From: an uncultured Candidatus Rokubacteria bacterium
Lineage (GTDB): Bacteria > Methylomirabilota > Methylomirabilia > Rokubacteriales > CSP1-6
Direction: 5' to 3'
DNA length: 64,000 nt
NCBI GenBank assembly: GCA_963789955.1
Contig: CAWBMV010000036.1
Coordinates: forward strand, 32,001-96,000
The position numbers and the translations under genes were made by a program. Each line of letters opens with the position of its first letter. Positions within the stretch are counted from its first letter, which is position 1. Shown here in pieces: positions 14,415-23,787 of this stretch. The notes under the pieces were generated by a model. The model saw only the letters and a program-made list of their open reading frames with translations. It had not been told where the DNA came from and did no database searches.

Positions 14415-15878
14415 GTCTCGTCGCGGCGGCTCTCGCGGTGATCACCACCTCGATCGCGCTCGAAGGAGGCGGCGCCGCCTCGCTCTTCCGTCACGCGTAT
14501 CTGGTGCCGGTGCTCGCGGCCGCTCTGCGATTCGGCGCGGTCGGCGGGGGGCTGGCCGCTGCGGCGGCAGTCCTGCTGAGCGCGCCGCTCGTGCTCCCGG
14601 AGATCGAGCGGTCGGGGATCACGACCGAGGCCGTCGAAGGGTTGGCGACGTTCGCGGTGCTGGGCCTGGTCGGAGTGCTGAGCGGGGTCCTGAGAGCTCG
14701 CGCCGGCCGTCACCGTCGGCGGTACGAGACTCTCGTGAGCATCCAGCGAGCGCTCTCGGACGAGGCCGCGCTCGACGTGTCACTCGCTCGGCTACGCGCC
14801 GCGCTCGCCGAGCGGCTGCGCGTGGACGAGACTCGCGCTGATCGTGCGAGACGACGAGCGGCTCGTCATCGCGGGCGGCGAGCGCGTCGCGGCCGGTTCG
14901 CTCGCCGCGCGCGTTCTCGAAGGCGGGAGATCGGCGTTCGTGTGTGACACCGGCGCGCGGGGCCGTCCGCGCCGCGCCTTCGCGACGCCATTGCTGTCGG
15001 GCGGGCGAGCCGTCGGCGTGCTGGCGGTCGAGCGGTGCGGTGATATCTCGACCGGCGAACGTGCCGCGCTGGAAACGATCGGCGCCCACGTCGGTGTGGC
15101 ACTCGAGAACGCCCGGTTGGTCTCCCGGCAGCGGCGCTTTGCCGCCGAGCTGCAGGAGCGAGTGGGGGCGGCGCGGCGGGAGCTCGAGGAGCTCGATCGC
15201 GCGAAGTCGGCGTTCGTCGCGATCGCGTCGCACGAGCTGCGCACGCCGCTGACGGCGCTGCAAGGCTTCAGCGAGATCCTGGCCGTTCGGCGCCTGCCTC
15301 CCGAAGAGGTCACGCGGCTCGCGCAGGTCATGCGCCGTGAGGCGAGACGCCTCGGTCGGATCGTCAGCGACCTGCTCGACCTCTCGCGGATCGAGCGGGG
15401 GCTCGAGCCGGCGCTCTGCCGAATTCCCGTGAAGATCGAGTCGACCATCGAGGCGACGGTCGACCTCTTTCGCCAGGGGACGGCGAGCCATCCGATCACG
15501 ACGGAGTGCGAGTCGGCACTGCCGGTCGTCGACGCCGACCCCGACGCGCTGGAGCGCGTCTTGACCAACCTGGTCTCGAACGCGATCAAGTACTCGCCGA
15601 GCGGCAGCACGGTTCGCGTCGGCGCCCGCGCGCTGGCGGGCGGCGTGGCGATCGAGGTCGCCGACGCCGGGCGGGGCATTCCGGCCGACGCGTTGAGCCG
15701 CGTGTTCGAGCCGTACTATCGCGTGCCGGACGCGGCGGGCGCGGCGCACGGCACCGGCATCGGCCTCGCCGTCGTCAAGGCGCTGGTCGAAGCTCACGGC
15801 GGAACAGTGCGGGTCGAGAGCGCGCCGGCGATGGGCACACGCGTGACCGTTGTTCTGCCGTCGGCGCCGCGGTCCTGA
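14411..15878 (+). CDS. Membrane sensor histidine kinase (TM sensor, GAF-like, HisKA, HATPase), frameshift near 14835
   Basis: SHELRTPL H-box, NLVSNAIKYS N-box, D.GRGI, FEPYYR, GTGIGL; hydrophobic N-terminus starting MSLVAAAL. Confidence 0.9.
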
Positions 15879-15902
15879 CGCCAGGCGGGGGCGGTCCGTT
15901 CC

Positions 15903-15932
15903 TTGACACTCCGAGTCACAGGCGTGTAGGCT
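15903..15932 (+). promoter_or_regulatory. Putative sigma70 promoter (near-leaderless transcript)
   Basis: TTGACA-18 bp-TAGGCT, ending 9 nt before the ATG at 15942. Confidence 0.55.
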
Positions 15933-15941
15933 GACCGGGTT

Positions 15942-16220
15942 ATGCCTCGCCACGCAGCGGTTGCCGATCGCATGGCGAGCGCGGTGGTCAAGCGTCTGAC
16001 GGTGCGGAAGGTCGCCGAGATCAAGGACGAGAACACCGCGCGCGCTGCCATCCGTCAGGTGGTGCTCGACAACCTGAACGCCGAAGAGCAGCTCGACGCC
16101 GACGCCCGAAAGCTGCTGATGGACCACGCCAAGCAGATCAAGGACTCGGCGGCCGACTATCGGCAGCTCCTGGGCAAGGTGAAAGAGAAGCTCGCGCGCG
16201 AGCGGGGGTTCGTCCTCTGA
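15942..16220 (+). CDS. DUF507-family protein
   Basis: EEQLDADARKLL...YRQLLGKVKEKLARERGFVL; tandem pair arrangement. Confidence 0.75.
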   Translation: MPRHAAVADRMASAVVKRLTVRKVAEIKDENTARAAIRQVVLDNLNAEEQLDADARKLLMDHAKQIKDSAADYRQLLGKVKEKLARERGFVL

Positions 16221-16498
16221 TGATGCGCATGAGCCGCGAGCGCCTGTTCCACCTGACCGATCTGATCTTGAAAGAGCTCGGGACGACGCAGGGCGTGAGC
16301 ATCAAGGCGCCCGACGAGCTGCGGACCGAGGTCCTGCGCGCGCTCACCGAGGAAGCCAAGCTCGCCGAGTCGATCGACGGCGAGGTCCGGAAGATCTTGA
16401 GCACCTACTCGCGCCCGATGCCCGAGGGCAGCCACGAGTGGGAAGTGCTCTACGAGAAGACCCGCGAGGAAGTGTTCCGCAAGAGGTTCCGCCTCTGA
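16220..16498 (+). CDS. DUF507-family protein (second paralog)
   Basis: MRMSRER..., IDGEVRKILSTYSRP.PEGS.EWEVLY. Confidence 0.75.
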   Translation: MMRMSRERLFHLTDLILKELGTTQGVSIKAPDELRTEVLRALTEEAKLAESIDGEVRKILSTYSRPMPEGSHEWEVLYEKTREEVFRKRFRL

Positions 16499-17091
16499 AG
16501 CGACTCGTCGTCGGGATCACGGGCGCGACCGGATCGATCTACGGGATTCGTCTGCTCGAGATCCTGCGCGGGCAGGCCGACGTGCAGACGCACCTGGTGA
16601 TCTCGGCGCCGGGCAAGCGCACGATCGTCGAGGAGACGGCGTTCACGGTGAGAGACGTGGAAGCGCTCGCCGCGCACCACTACGACATCCGCGACATCGG
16701 CGCCTCGATCGCCTCGGGCTCCTTCAAGACGGCCGGGATGGTGATCGCGCCGTGCTCGATCAAGACCGCGGGAGCGATCGCCTCGTGTCACACGGATTCG
16801 CTGATCGCGCGCGCGGCCGACGTGACCCTGAAGGAAGGCCGGCCGCTCATCGTGCTCCTGCGCGAGACGCCGCTGCACATCGGACACCTCAAGTGCATGG
16901 TGGCGCTCGCCGAGATGGGCGCGGTGCTGCTGCCGCCGATGCCCGCGTTTTACAACCGACCCAAGGACCTCGACGACATCGTGAATCACACGGTCGCGCG
17001 CGTGCTCGACCGGCTCAATCTTCCGCAGACGCTCGTCGCTGAGTGGCAGGGCACGGCCCGGCGCGTGTCGGCGGGGGAGCCGGGTGACTGA
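16495..17091 (+). CDS. ubiX: Flavin prenyltransferase UbiX
   Basis: VGITGATG, IASGSF, APCS.KT, RAADV.LKE.R, RETPL, PPMPAFY. Confidence 0.95.
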   Translation: MKRLVVGITGATGSIYGIRLLEILRGQADVQTHLVISAPGKRTIVEETAFTVRDVEALAAHHYDIRDIGASIASGSFKTAGMVIAPCSIKTAGAIASCHTDSLIARAADVTLKEGRPLIVLLRETPLHIGHLKCMVALAEMGAVLLPPMPAFYNRPKDLDDIVNHTVARVLDRLNLPQTLVAEWQGTARRVSAGEPGD

Positions 17092-17821
17092 CCTCTCGGT
17101 CGTCATCCCCGTCTACAACGAAGAAGCCAGCCTGACCCCGCTCTGGTCCGAGCTGCGCGGGATCCTCGAGCAGCTCGAGCTCGCCTTCGAGGTCGTGTTC
17201 GTCGACGACGGCAGCCGCGACCGCAGCGCCGAGATCATCCGCTCGTTTCGCGAGACCGATCAGCGCGTGCGCCTGGTGCGGCTCAAGGCGAACGGCGGTG
17301 AGACGGCGGCGACCGATGCCGGATTCAAGGCGGCGCGCGGGCGGCGCGTCGTCGTGATGGACGCCGATCTCCAGAACGATCCTCGTGACATCCCGATGCT
17401 GCTCTCGCATCTCGACCACTGGGACGCGGTCACCGGCTGGCGGGTCAATCGCGCCGCCGGCGACAACGTCGTGCGGCGCGTCTCGTCGCGGATCGCGAAC
17501 CGGATCCGTAACTGGGTGTCCGACGAGACGATCCAGGATAGCGGCTGCACCTTCCGGGCGTTTCGGCGCGAGTGTCTTCGCGGGCTCGTCCTCTACCGCG
17601 GCTTCCACCGGTTCATCCCCACGCTCCTCAAGATGCGCGGCTACCGCGTGATCGAGGTGCCGGTCGGCCACCGGCCGCGTCAGTTCGGCCGGTCGAAGTA
17701 CGGTGTCCTGAATCGCGCGGTCGTCGCCTTCGCCGACCTCCTGGTGATCCGCTGGATGGGCGCCCGCCTCCTCCGCTACGAAATCGTCGAGGACGTGGGC
17801 GGTGACCTCATCCGCGACTGA
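17084..17821 (+). CDS. GT2 polyprenol-phosphate glycosyltransferase (DPM1/ArnC-like)
   Basis: SVVIPVYNE, VDDGS.D, MDADLQNDP, FHRFIP, HRPR..G.SKYG. Confidence 0.9.
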   Translation: MTDLSVVIPVYNEEASLTPLWSELRGILEQLELAFEVVFVDDGSRDRSAEIIRSFRETDQRVRLVRLKANGGETAATDAGFKAARGRRVVVMDADLQNDPRDIPMLLSHLDHWDAVTGWRVNRAAGDNVVRRVSSRIANRIRNWVSDETIQDSGCTFRAFRRECLRGLVLYRGFHRFIPTLLKMRGYRVIEVPVGHRPRQFGRSKYGVLNRAVVAFADLLVIRWMGARLLRYEIVEDVGGDLIRD

Positions 17822-17830
17822 GCGCGGCGC

Positions 17831-18807
17831 GTGAACGTCTTGCTGGTCGGCCTCGGCCGCTGGGGCGAAAAGCATCTGCGCGTGCTCGGCGAGCTCGGCG
17901 TCACGCTCTGGGTCGCCGACGTGTCGCCGGAGCGGCTCGCGTGGGCAGTGCGCCACGGCGTCGCGGCGCGCCGCGCCGTCGCCGACTATCGCACCGCGCT
18001 GAACGCGGTCGACGCGGTCGACATCGTCACCTCGGCGGAGAGCCACTGGGACGTCGCGCGCGCGAGCCTGGCCGCCGGCCGTCATTGCTTCGTCGAGAAG
18101 CCCCTGGCGCGAACGCTCGCGGAGGCGCGGCTGCTGGACGCGGCGGCCGTGTCGACCGGCCGCGTGGTTCAGGTCGGTCACATCTTTCGCTTCCACCCCG
18201 TGACGGCGACCTTGCGCGAGGCGCTCGGCGCCGGGCGCATCGGCGCCGTTCGCTACGCCACCGGTCGCTTCTCGGGATTCAAGCGGCCCCGTCTGGACGT
18301 CGGGGTCACCCAGACGGACGCGATCCACTACTTCGATCTCTTCGCGCTACCTCTTCGATCGGCAGGCGACCCGAGTCAGCGCGCTGCAGCGAGACTTCCT
18401 GGGCCGCGGTCTCGACGATCTGTCCGTGACCGTCGTGCACTACGGCGACGTGCCGGCCGTCGTCGAGGCGAGCTACTTCGCGCCCGGAACCTGGCGCGAG
18501 TGCGCGATCGTCGGGCGAGCGCGGCACGCTCGTGGCCGACTACGGAGCCTCGACCGTCACGCTCCACCTCGGCGAGCACACCAAGCACGGCAGCGCGTGG
18601 GAAGCCGTGGAGACCGGGAAGGAAGAGCTTCGGACGGGGCGCGAGGAGCCCCTTCGTCTCGAGCTCCAGGCCTTTCTCGAGGCGTGCGCCGGCCGTGCGG
18701 CCAACCCGGTTCCAGCGTCGGCTGGCGTGCGGGCGCTCGAGATCGTCGAGGCGGCCGCGCGGTCGGCTCGACTCGGTGCCGATGTCTCGCTCCCGCTCCC
18801 GTCTTGA
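17831..18807 (+). CDS. Gfo/Idh/MocA family oxidoreductase (frameshifts near 18350 and 18515)
   Basis: VGLGRWG, FVEKP, VGHIFRFHP, D.IHYFD, C-terminal EPLRLEL.AF. Confidence 0.85.
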
Positions 18808-18898
18808 CAGCCGCGTCGTCCACGCCGCACAGTCGCGTCGAATCGAATCCAGACGCAGCCGCGGGCACCAGCGCCGGCTGCTCCGAGGAGACAGCGCG

Positions 18899-19189
18899 AT
18901 GGCGATCCGACTCGTGGTCACGATCACGGCCGTACCAGGCAAGGGAACGCAGCTCGCGGAGGGGTACAAAGCCCGCTGCGCGCAGGTGCTGAAGGAGCCG
19001 GGCTGCGAGCAGTTCGAGATCTTTCAGAGCGCGGTGAACCCGGATCGCTTGACCTTGCTCGAGCGCTGGGCGGACCAGGCGGCGCTGGACGCCCACGCGA
19101 AGCTCAACAGCACGCGCCCGCCGCTGCTGCCCGAGCTCCGCGCCGGGAACGGAGAGCGGGAAGACTACGAGTACCGGAGGACGCGTTAG
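18899..19189 (+). CDS. Antibiotic biosynthesis monooxygenase (ABM) family protein
   Basis: EPGCEQFE, LLERW.D.AALDAH; GAGGAG RBS. Confidence 0.85.
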   Translation: MAIRLVVTITAVPGKGTQLAEGYKARCAQVLKEPGCEQFEIFQSAVNPDRLTLLERWADQAALDAHAKLNSTRPPLLPELRAGNGEREDYEYRRTR

Positions 19190-19219
19190 CGCGACTCTCG
19201 GTCGGCCGCGGAGGCTGAG

Positions 19220-20157
19220 ATGGCGACCGTCAAGCCCCATCGGATCGATGTCCACCATCACCACACGCCCCCGCCGTACGTCGCGGCGATCACCGCCGGG
19301 AACATCGCCGGCCCGGTGCGGGACTGGACGCCGGAGAAGTCGATCGCCGACATGGACCGGGCCGGCGTGGCGACGGCCATCACGTCGATCACCACGCCGG
19401 CGCTGCGTTTCCTCGACGACGCGGGCGCGCGGAAGCTGGCGCGGGAGTGCAACGACTACTCGGCGAAGCTGGCCGCCGACTCCAAGGGCCGCTTCGGCAT
19501 GTTCGCGGTGATGCCGATGCCGTACGTCGAGGGCACGCTGCGCGAGATCGGGTACGCGCTCGATTCGCTCAAGGCCGACGGCATCGCGCTGCTGACGAGC
19601 TATGGCGACAAGTGGCTCGGCGACCCGAGCTTCACGCCGGTGCTGGAGGAGCTGAATCGCCGGCGGGCCGTCGTGTACACGCACCCGACCACGGCGAACT
19701 GCTGCGGCAACCTGATTCCCGACGTGCCGGAGTCGATCGTCGAGTGGGGAACGGACACCACGCGCACGATCGCCAGCCTGGTCTTCAGCGGCGCCGCCGC
19801 GCGGTTCCACGACGTGCAGATGATCTTCTCGCACGGCGGCGGAACCTTGCCGTTCTTGACCGAGCGCTTCGTGCGCCTGCCGCTGATCAACAAGAGCCTC
19901 GCCGCGCGCGTGCCGAACGGCGTCGAAACCGAGCTCAAACGCTTCTACTACGACACGGCGCAGGCCGCTCATCCGTACGCGCTCGCGTCGCTGACGAAGC
20001 TCGTCCCGACGTCGCAGATCGTGTTCGGGACCGACTTCCCGTATCGCACAGCGATCGATCACGTGAAGGGCTGACCAGCTACGGCTTCGGCGCGAGCGAT
20101 CTGCAGGCGATCGATCGCGACAACGCGGTGCGGCTCATGCCGCGGTGGAAGGGCTAG
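19220..20157 (+). CDS. Amidohydrolase_2 family (ACMSD-like decarboxylase/hydratase), frameshift near 20070
   Basis: IDVHHH, YTHP, SHGGG.LP, YYDTA, FGTDFP; ...IDRDNAVRL tail in the next frame. Confidence 0.88.
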
Positions 20158-20170
20158 GCGGCCGGGAGCC

Positions 20171-20576
20171 CTATTTCGTGCTGGCCCCGGGTGTTGGTCG
20201 GGGAGCGCTGCTGCCGGGCGGCGGGTTCGTGGCGGCCTCGAGCGCGTGCACACGCGCCGTCAGCTCGTCGACCTGTCGCTGAAGCTTCTCGTTCTGCGCC
20301 CGCAAGTCGTTCAGCCGCGCCGCTCACCTGCGCCGAGACCCAGGTTTCGATCGGCACGGCGGGTACGATGTTTCCAGTCTGGTAGATCGTGCAATCGCCT
20401 TGCTGCGCCGGCCCCGTCCCATTCAGATTCAAGGTCGCGTTGGGGGCGCAGCCGAACACGCGGAACATGTTGGTACCCGATCCGGTATAGAAGGGCTGCG
20501 CGTCGCTTCTCGAGGCGTGAAGAATTCCGAGCAGCGCGACGACGAGGAGCGCGGCGAGACGGCCGGAGTGTCGCAT
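20171..20576 (-). CDS. Secreted hypothetical protein with C-terminal coiled coil (frameshift near 20322)
   Basis: Signal peptide MRHSGRLAALLVVALLG; shifted frame reads RLNDLRAQNEKLQRQVDELTARVHALE...ASTK*. Confidence 0.55.
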
Positions 20577-20621
20577 CGCGTGTACCTTTCTCGAGGTCTG
20601 GTCAGAGGTGGCGCGCGGTGC

Positions 20622-21302
20622 TCAGTCGAAACGGAGCGACCTGGCGAGCGTTTCGAGATCGGCGAGGCCTTCTTCTCGGTTCTCGGGTGTGCCGACGTGC
20701 GCGAGCGAGATCGTATCGGACTGGTTGAAGAAGCCGAGGACGGTCCAGTAGAGCGAACCCCGCGCCTCGTCGGATCGGAAGCGGACCCGCAAGAACCGAT
20801 TCAGCCCGTAGTCGACCACGTCGACCGCTTCCAGGGTGAGCGTCGGCTTGTCGCTCGCGGGTGCGTTGTCGGTCCGCGCTCTCGCGAAGCGGTCCCAGAG
20901 TCCCTGCTTGTCTTTTTCCGACAGTCCGTACTGGAGAGGATTGCCCGAGCTGTACCAGCCACCCGAGCGCGCTTCGGAACCCGCCTGGATCCACGCGCCT
21001 CGCGAGGAGATGAGCCCGGTGTCAATGGCTTGCAGCTCGAACTCCGCGCGTTCGAGCAGGGCGCGGCGGCCTGCCTCGTCGAGGTTTGCGAACACGCGCC
21101 GATTGAAGCCGAGCGATGCATAGTCCGAGGGCGTCGCTTGTCGCCAGCCATCGGGAACGTCGAAGGTATATCGGGGGGGATCGAGGTGAACGTACGCGCT
21201 GCCCCAGTACTCGCCTTTCTGCAAGGGGCCACAGCCAGACAGACTGCAGGCGGCCAGCACGAGGGTGATGAGACCCAGCCATGGCCGGCGCGTGAAACTC
21301 AT
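20622..21302 (-). CDS. Hypothetical lipoprotein
   Basis: MSFTRRPWLGLITLVLAACSLSGC lipobox-like signal; clean 226 aa ORF. Confidence 0.65.
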   Translation of the reverse strand: MSFTRRPWLGLITLVLAACSLSGCGPLQKGEYWGSAYVHLDPPRYTFDVPDGWRQATPSDYASLGFNRRVFANLDEAGRRALLERAEFELQAIDTGLISSRGAWIQAGSEARSGGWYSSGNPLQYGLSEKDKQGLWDRFARARTDNAPASDKPTLTLEAVDVVDYGLNRFLRVRFRSDEARGSLYWTVLGFFNQSDTISLAHVGTPENREEGLADLETLARSLRFD

Positions 21303-21357
21303 CCGAACCACATCGTCTCGTCTCACTGACTTCCGGCTGGGTCTACCGGTGAAGCTT

Positions 21358-21444
21358 TGGTGCCGAAGCGGGGACTCGAACCCCGACACCCTTGCGGGCA
21401 CTAGACCCTGAATCTAGCGCGTCTGCCAATTCCGCCACTTCGGC
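21358..21444 (-). tRNA. tRNA-Leu (anticodon CAG)
   Basis: GCCGAAG acceptor stem, CTAGA-TT-CAG-GG-TCTAG anticodon arm, long variable arm, GTTCGAGT, encoded CCA. Confidence 0.97.
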
Positions 21445-21476
21445 CAGAAAAGCGTGAGTCATAATACCTTTCGGAC

Positions 21477-21965
21477 ATGGCAAGTCAAGCCAGAGAGGTG
21501 TCGGGAGATCGTTCCATCGCGACCAACCGTCGCGCTCGGCACGAGTACGAGATCCTCGAGACGGTCGAGGCGGGCCTGGTACTACGCGGCACCGAGGTCA
21601 AGTCGCTCAGGGACGGTCTGGTCAACTTCAAGGACAGCTACGCGTCCGTCCGGAACGGGGAGGGCTGGCTCCTCGGCTGCCACATCAATCCTTATAGCCA
21701 CGGCACGGATGCCAACCACGACCCCGAACGGGACCGGAAGCTCCTCCTTCATAAGAAGGAGATCGCCCGGCTGAGCGGAAAGATCAGCGAAAAGGGCCTG
21801 ACTCTGGTCCCGCTTCGTCTCTACTTCAAAGGTGGCCGGGCCAAGGTCGAGCTCGGCCTGGCGCGGGGCAAGAAGCTTCACGACAAGCGAGCCACCCTGC
21901 GCGAGCGGGAGGTTCGCCGCGAGATGGACAAGGCCGCCCGTGGCGCTCGACGCGGCGCGTGGTAG
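21477..21965 (+). CDS. smpB: SsrA-binding protein SmpB
   Basis: NRRARHEY, EAGLVL.GTEVKSLR, RKLLLHKKEI, GKKLHDKR. Confidence 0.98.
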   Translation: MASQAREVSGDRSIATNRRARHEYEILETVEAGLVLRGTEVKSLRDGLVNFKDSYASVRNGEGWLLGCHINPYSHGTDANHDPERDRKLLLHKKEIARLSGKISEKGLTLVPLRLYFKGGRAKVELGLARGKKLHDKRATLREREVRREMDKAARGARRGAW

Positions 21966-21998
21966 TGGTATACTTGTTACAAATCGGGTACTTCAAGG

Positions 21999-22353
21999 GG
22001 GGGCGACAGGTTTCGACGGGGATCATTGACGTCCAGGCTGCGTCTCGAGGTTTCTCTCCCCTCGTTAATAAGAGAGAACGGTATAGCTGCCAACACACAG
22101 CTAGCTCTGGCGGCCTAACACCCGTCAGCGTCCGCCGGCTCGAGCCATCAGGGACCGGGAACGGACGTCATATTCTGGTGGCTGGCTCCGAACCTAGCCT
22201 CAGGGGAGGGGCGAGACTTTGAGGCTGGCCGCGCGGTGATCCGGCCGATTGGAGTGCCGCGTAGCGAGAAGCAGTAAAGTAGATCGGCTATCGACGTAGA
22301 CGCCTGCGGCTGAGGGTTTCCGGACGTGGGTTCGATTCCCACCGCCTCCACCA
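21999..22353 (+). ncRNA. ssrA: tmRNA; tag peptide (A)ANTQLALAA at 22089-22118
   Basis: 5' GGGGGCG pairs with CGCCTCC-ACCA 3' including G3.U; GGTTTCGAC and GTTCGATT motifs; tag ORF ends LAA-stop; follows smpB; TGGTATACT extended -10 upstream. Confidence 0.97.
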
Positions 22354-22377
22354 AACTTCGACGGCGCTGACTCGTCT

Positions 22378-23064
22378 TTGATCGCGAACGACCGAGCTGC
22401 CGTACTGTTCGACTTCGGCGGGACTCTGGACGCCGACGGGCTTCCGTGGAAAGAGCGGGTGTATCGGCTGTTCCGCGACGAGGGAGCCGTCATGGCGCCC
22501 GACCGCTTCGATCCTGCCTTCTATGCGGCCGACGACGCGCTCGTCGGCACCCTGCCGGTGACGACCTCGTTCCGGGCGACCGTCGAGCGCCTGGCCGCGG
22601 GTGTCGCCGCGACGCTCGAGCTCCCCGATCCCGACATCGCGGCTCGCGTCGCGGGCCGATTCCTGAGCGATTCATTGCGGACGATCGACGGGAACACGCC
22701 GCTGCTGCGCGAGCTTAGCCGGCGCTACCGGCTCGGCATCGTCTCCAACTTCTACGGAAACCTGGCGCAGGTGTGCGAGGATGCCGGTATTCGTCAACTG
22801 TTTGGTGTGCTCGTCGATTCGGCGGAGGTTGGATGCACGAAGCCGGCCCCGCGAATCTTCCAGCACGCGCTCGACGCGCTCGGCGTCTCTGCGGCGAAGG
22901 CGACCTTCGTCGGCGATTCTCTGCCGCGAGACATGGCGGGCGCGCGCGGCGTCGGCATGCGCCACATCTGGCTCGTCGGCGCCGAGGCGTCCGCGGCGGC
23001 TCCGTGCTGCCGAGACGATCGACAGATTCGCTCGCTTCGCGAGCTGGAGGCGATTCTGCTGTGA
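22378..23064 (+). CDS. HAD-superfamily phosphatase
   Basis: LFDFGGTLD motif I, IVSNFYGN motif II, KP motif III, VGDS..RD motif IV. Confidence 0.9.
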   Translation: MIANDRAAVLFDFGGTLDADGLPWKERVYRLFRDEGAVMAPDRFDPAFYAADDALVGTLPVTTSFRATVERLAAGVAATLELPDPDIAARVAGRFLSDSLRTIDGNTPLLRELSRRYRLGIVSNFYGNLAQVCEDAGIRQLFGVLVDSAEVGCTKPAPRIFQHALDALGVSAAKATFVGDSLPRDMAGARGVGMRHIWLVGAEASAAAPCCRDDRQIRSLRELEAILL

Positions 23065-23765
23065 GCGCGTCGTTCGCGGGCGGCATCATCGCCGCGGGTG
23101 AAGGCAGCCGGCTGCGCCAGGGCGGGTTCGCGATGCCCAAGCCGATGGTGCCGATCGCCGGCGTGCCGCTGATCGAGTCGACCATTCGCAATCTTCGCGC
23201 CGCGCGCGTCGGGCCACTGGCGATCATCGTGAACGAGCAGGAGCGCGAGTGCGTCGAGTGGATCCGCGCGCGCTTCCCCGATCTCGACATCGACTTCATC
23301 GTCAAGACGACGCGCTCGTCGCTCGAGAGCTTCGGCGAGGTGATCCGCCGTCATCCCGGCGGCCGGATGCTCGTCTCGACCGTCGATGCGTGGTGCGTCG
23401 AGTCGGACTTCGTCCGGTTCGTCGAGGCCGCGGCTCGGCGGCCGCTCGACGCGACGGTCTTGGCCGTGACGCCGCTGGTCGCGGACGAGAAGCCGCTGCG
23501 CGTCGTCATGGCGGCGGACGGCCGGATCAAGGACGTCGGCGTCGACGCGGGTGATCTCGTCACCGCCGGCATGTACCTGGTGCCCGAAGCGGTGCGCACA
23601 CTCACGCCGCCGGCCGGGCTCGGACGGCTGCGCGACTTTCTGAAATGGCTGGCGCGCTCGGGCGCGCCGCTGTACGGCGAGATCATCGAGCAGGTCGTCG
23701 ACGTGGATCGGGCCGACGACGTGGCGCTGGCCGAGACGCTCGCCTTGGCGGGGCGGGTATCATAG
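23061..23765 (+). CDS. Nucleotidyltransferase (sugar/polyol-phosphate NTP transferase)
   Basis: GIIAAGEGSRL...PKPMV.IAG.PLIE; VSTVD; DVD..DD near the C-terminus. Confidence 0.88.
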   Translation: MSASFAGGIIAAGEGSRLRQGGFAMPKPMVPIAGVPLIESTIRNLRAARVGPLAIIVNEQERECVEWIRARFPDLDIDFIVKTTRSSLESFGEVIRRHPGGRMLVSTVDAWCVESDFVRFVEAAARRPLDATVLAVTPLVADEKPLRVVMAADGRIKDVGVDAGDLVTAGMYLVPEAVRTLTPPAGLGRLRDFLKWLARSGAPLYGEIIEQVVDVDRADDVALAETLALAGRVS

Positions 23766-23787
23766 ATCGATTGAGGAGGGCTCGAGA

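Noticed and set aside
17831..19189. Apparent oxidoreductase-ABM fusion (452 aa ORF)
   Set aside because: Caused by a frameshift. The oxidoreductase ends at 18807 in another frame and the ABM gene has its own RBS and ATG at 18899.
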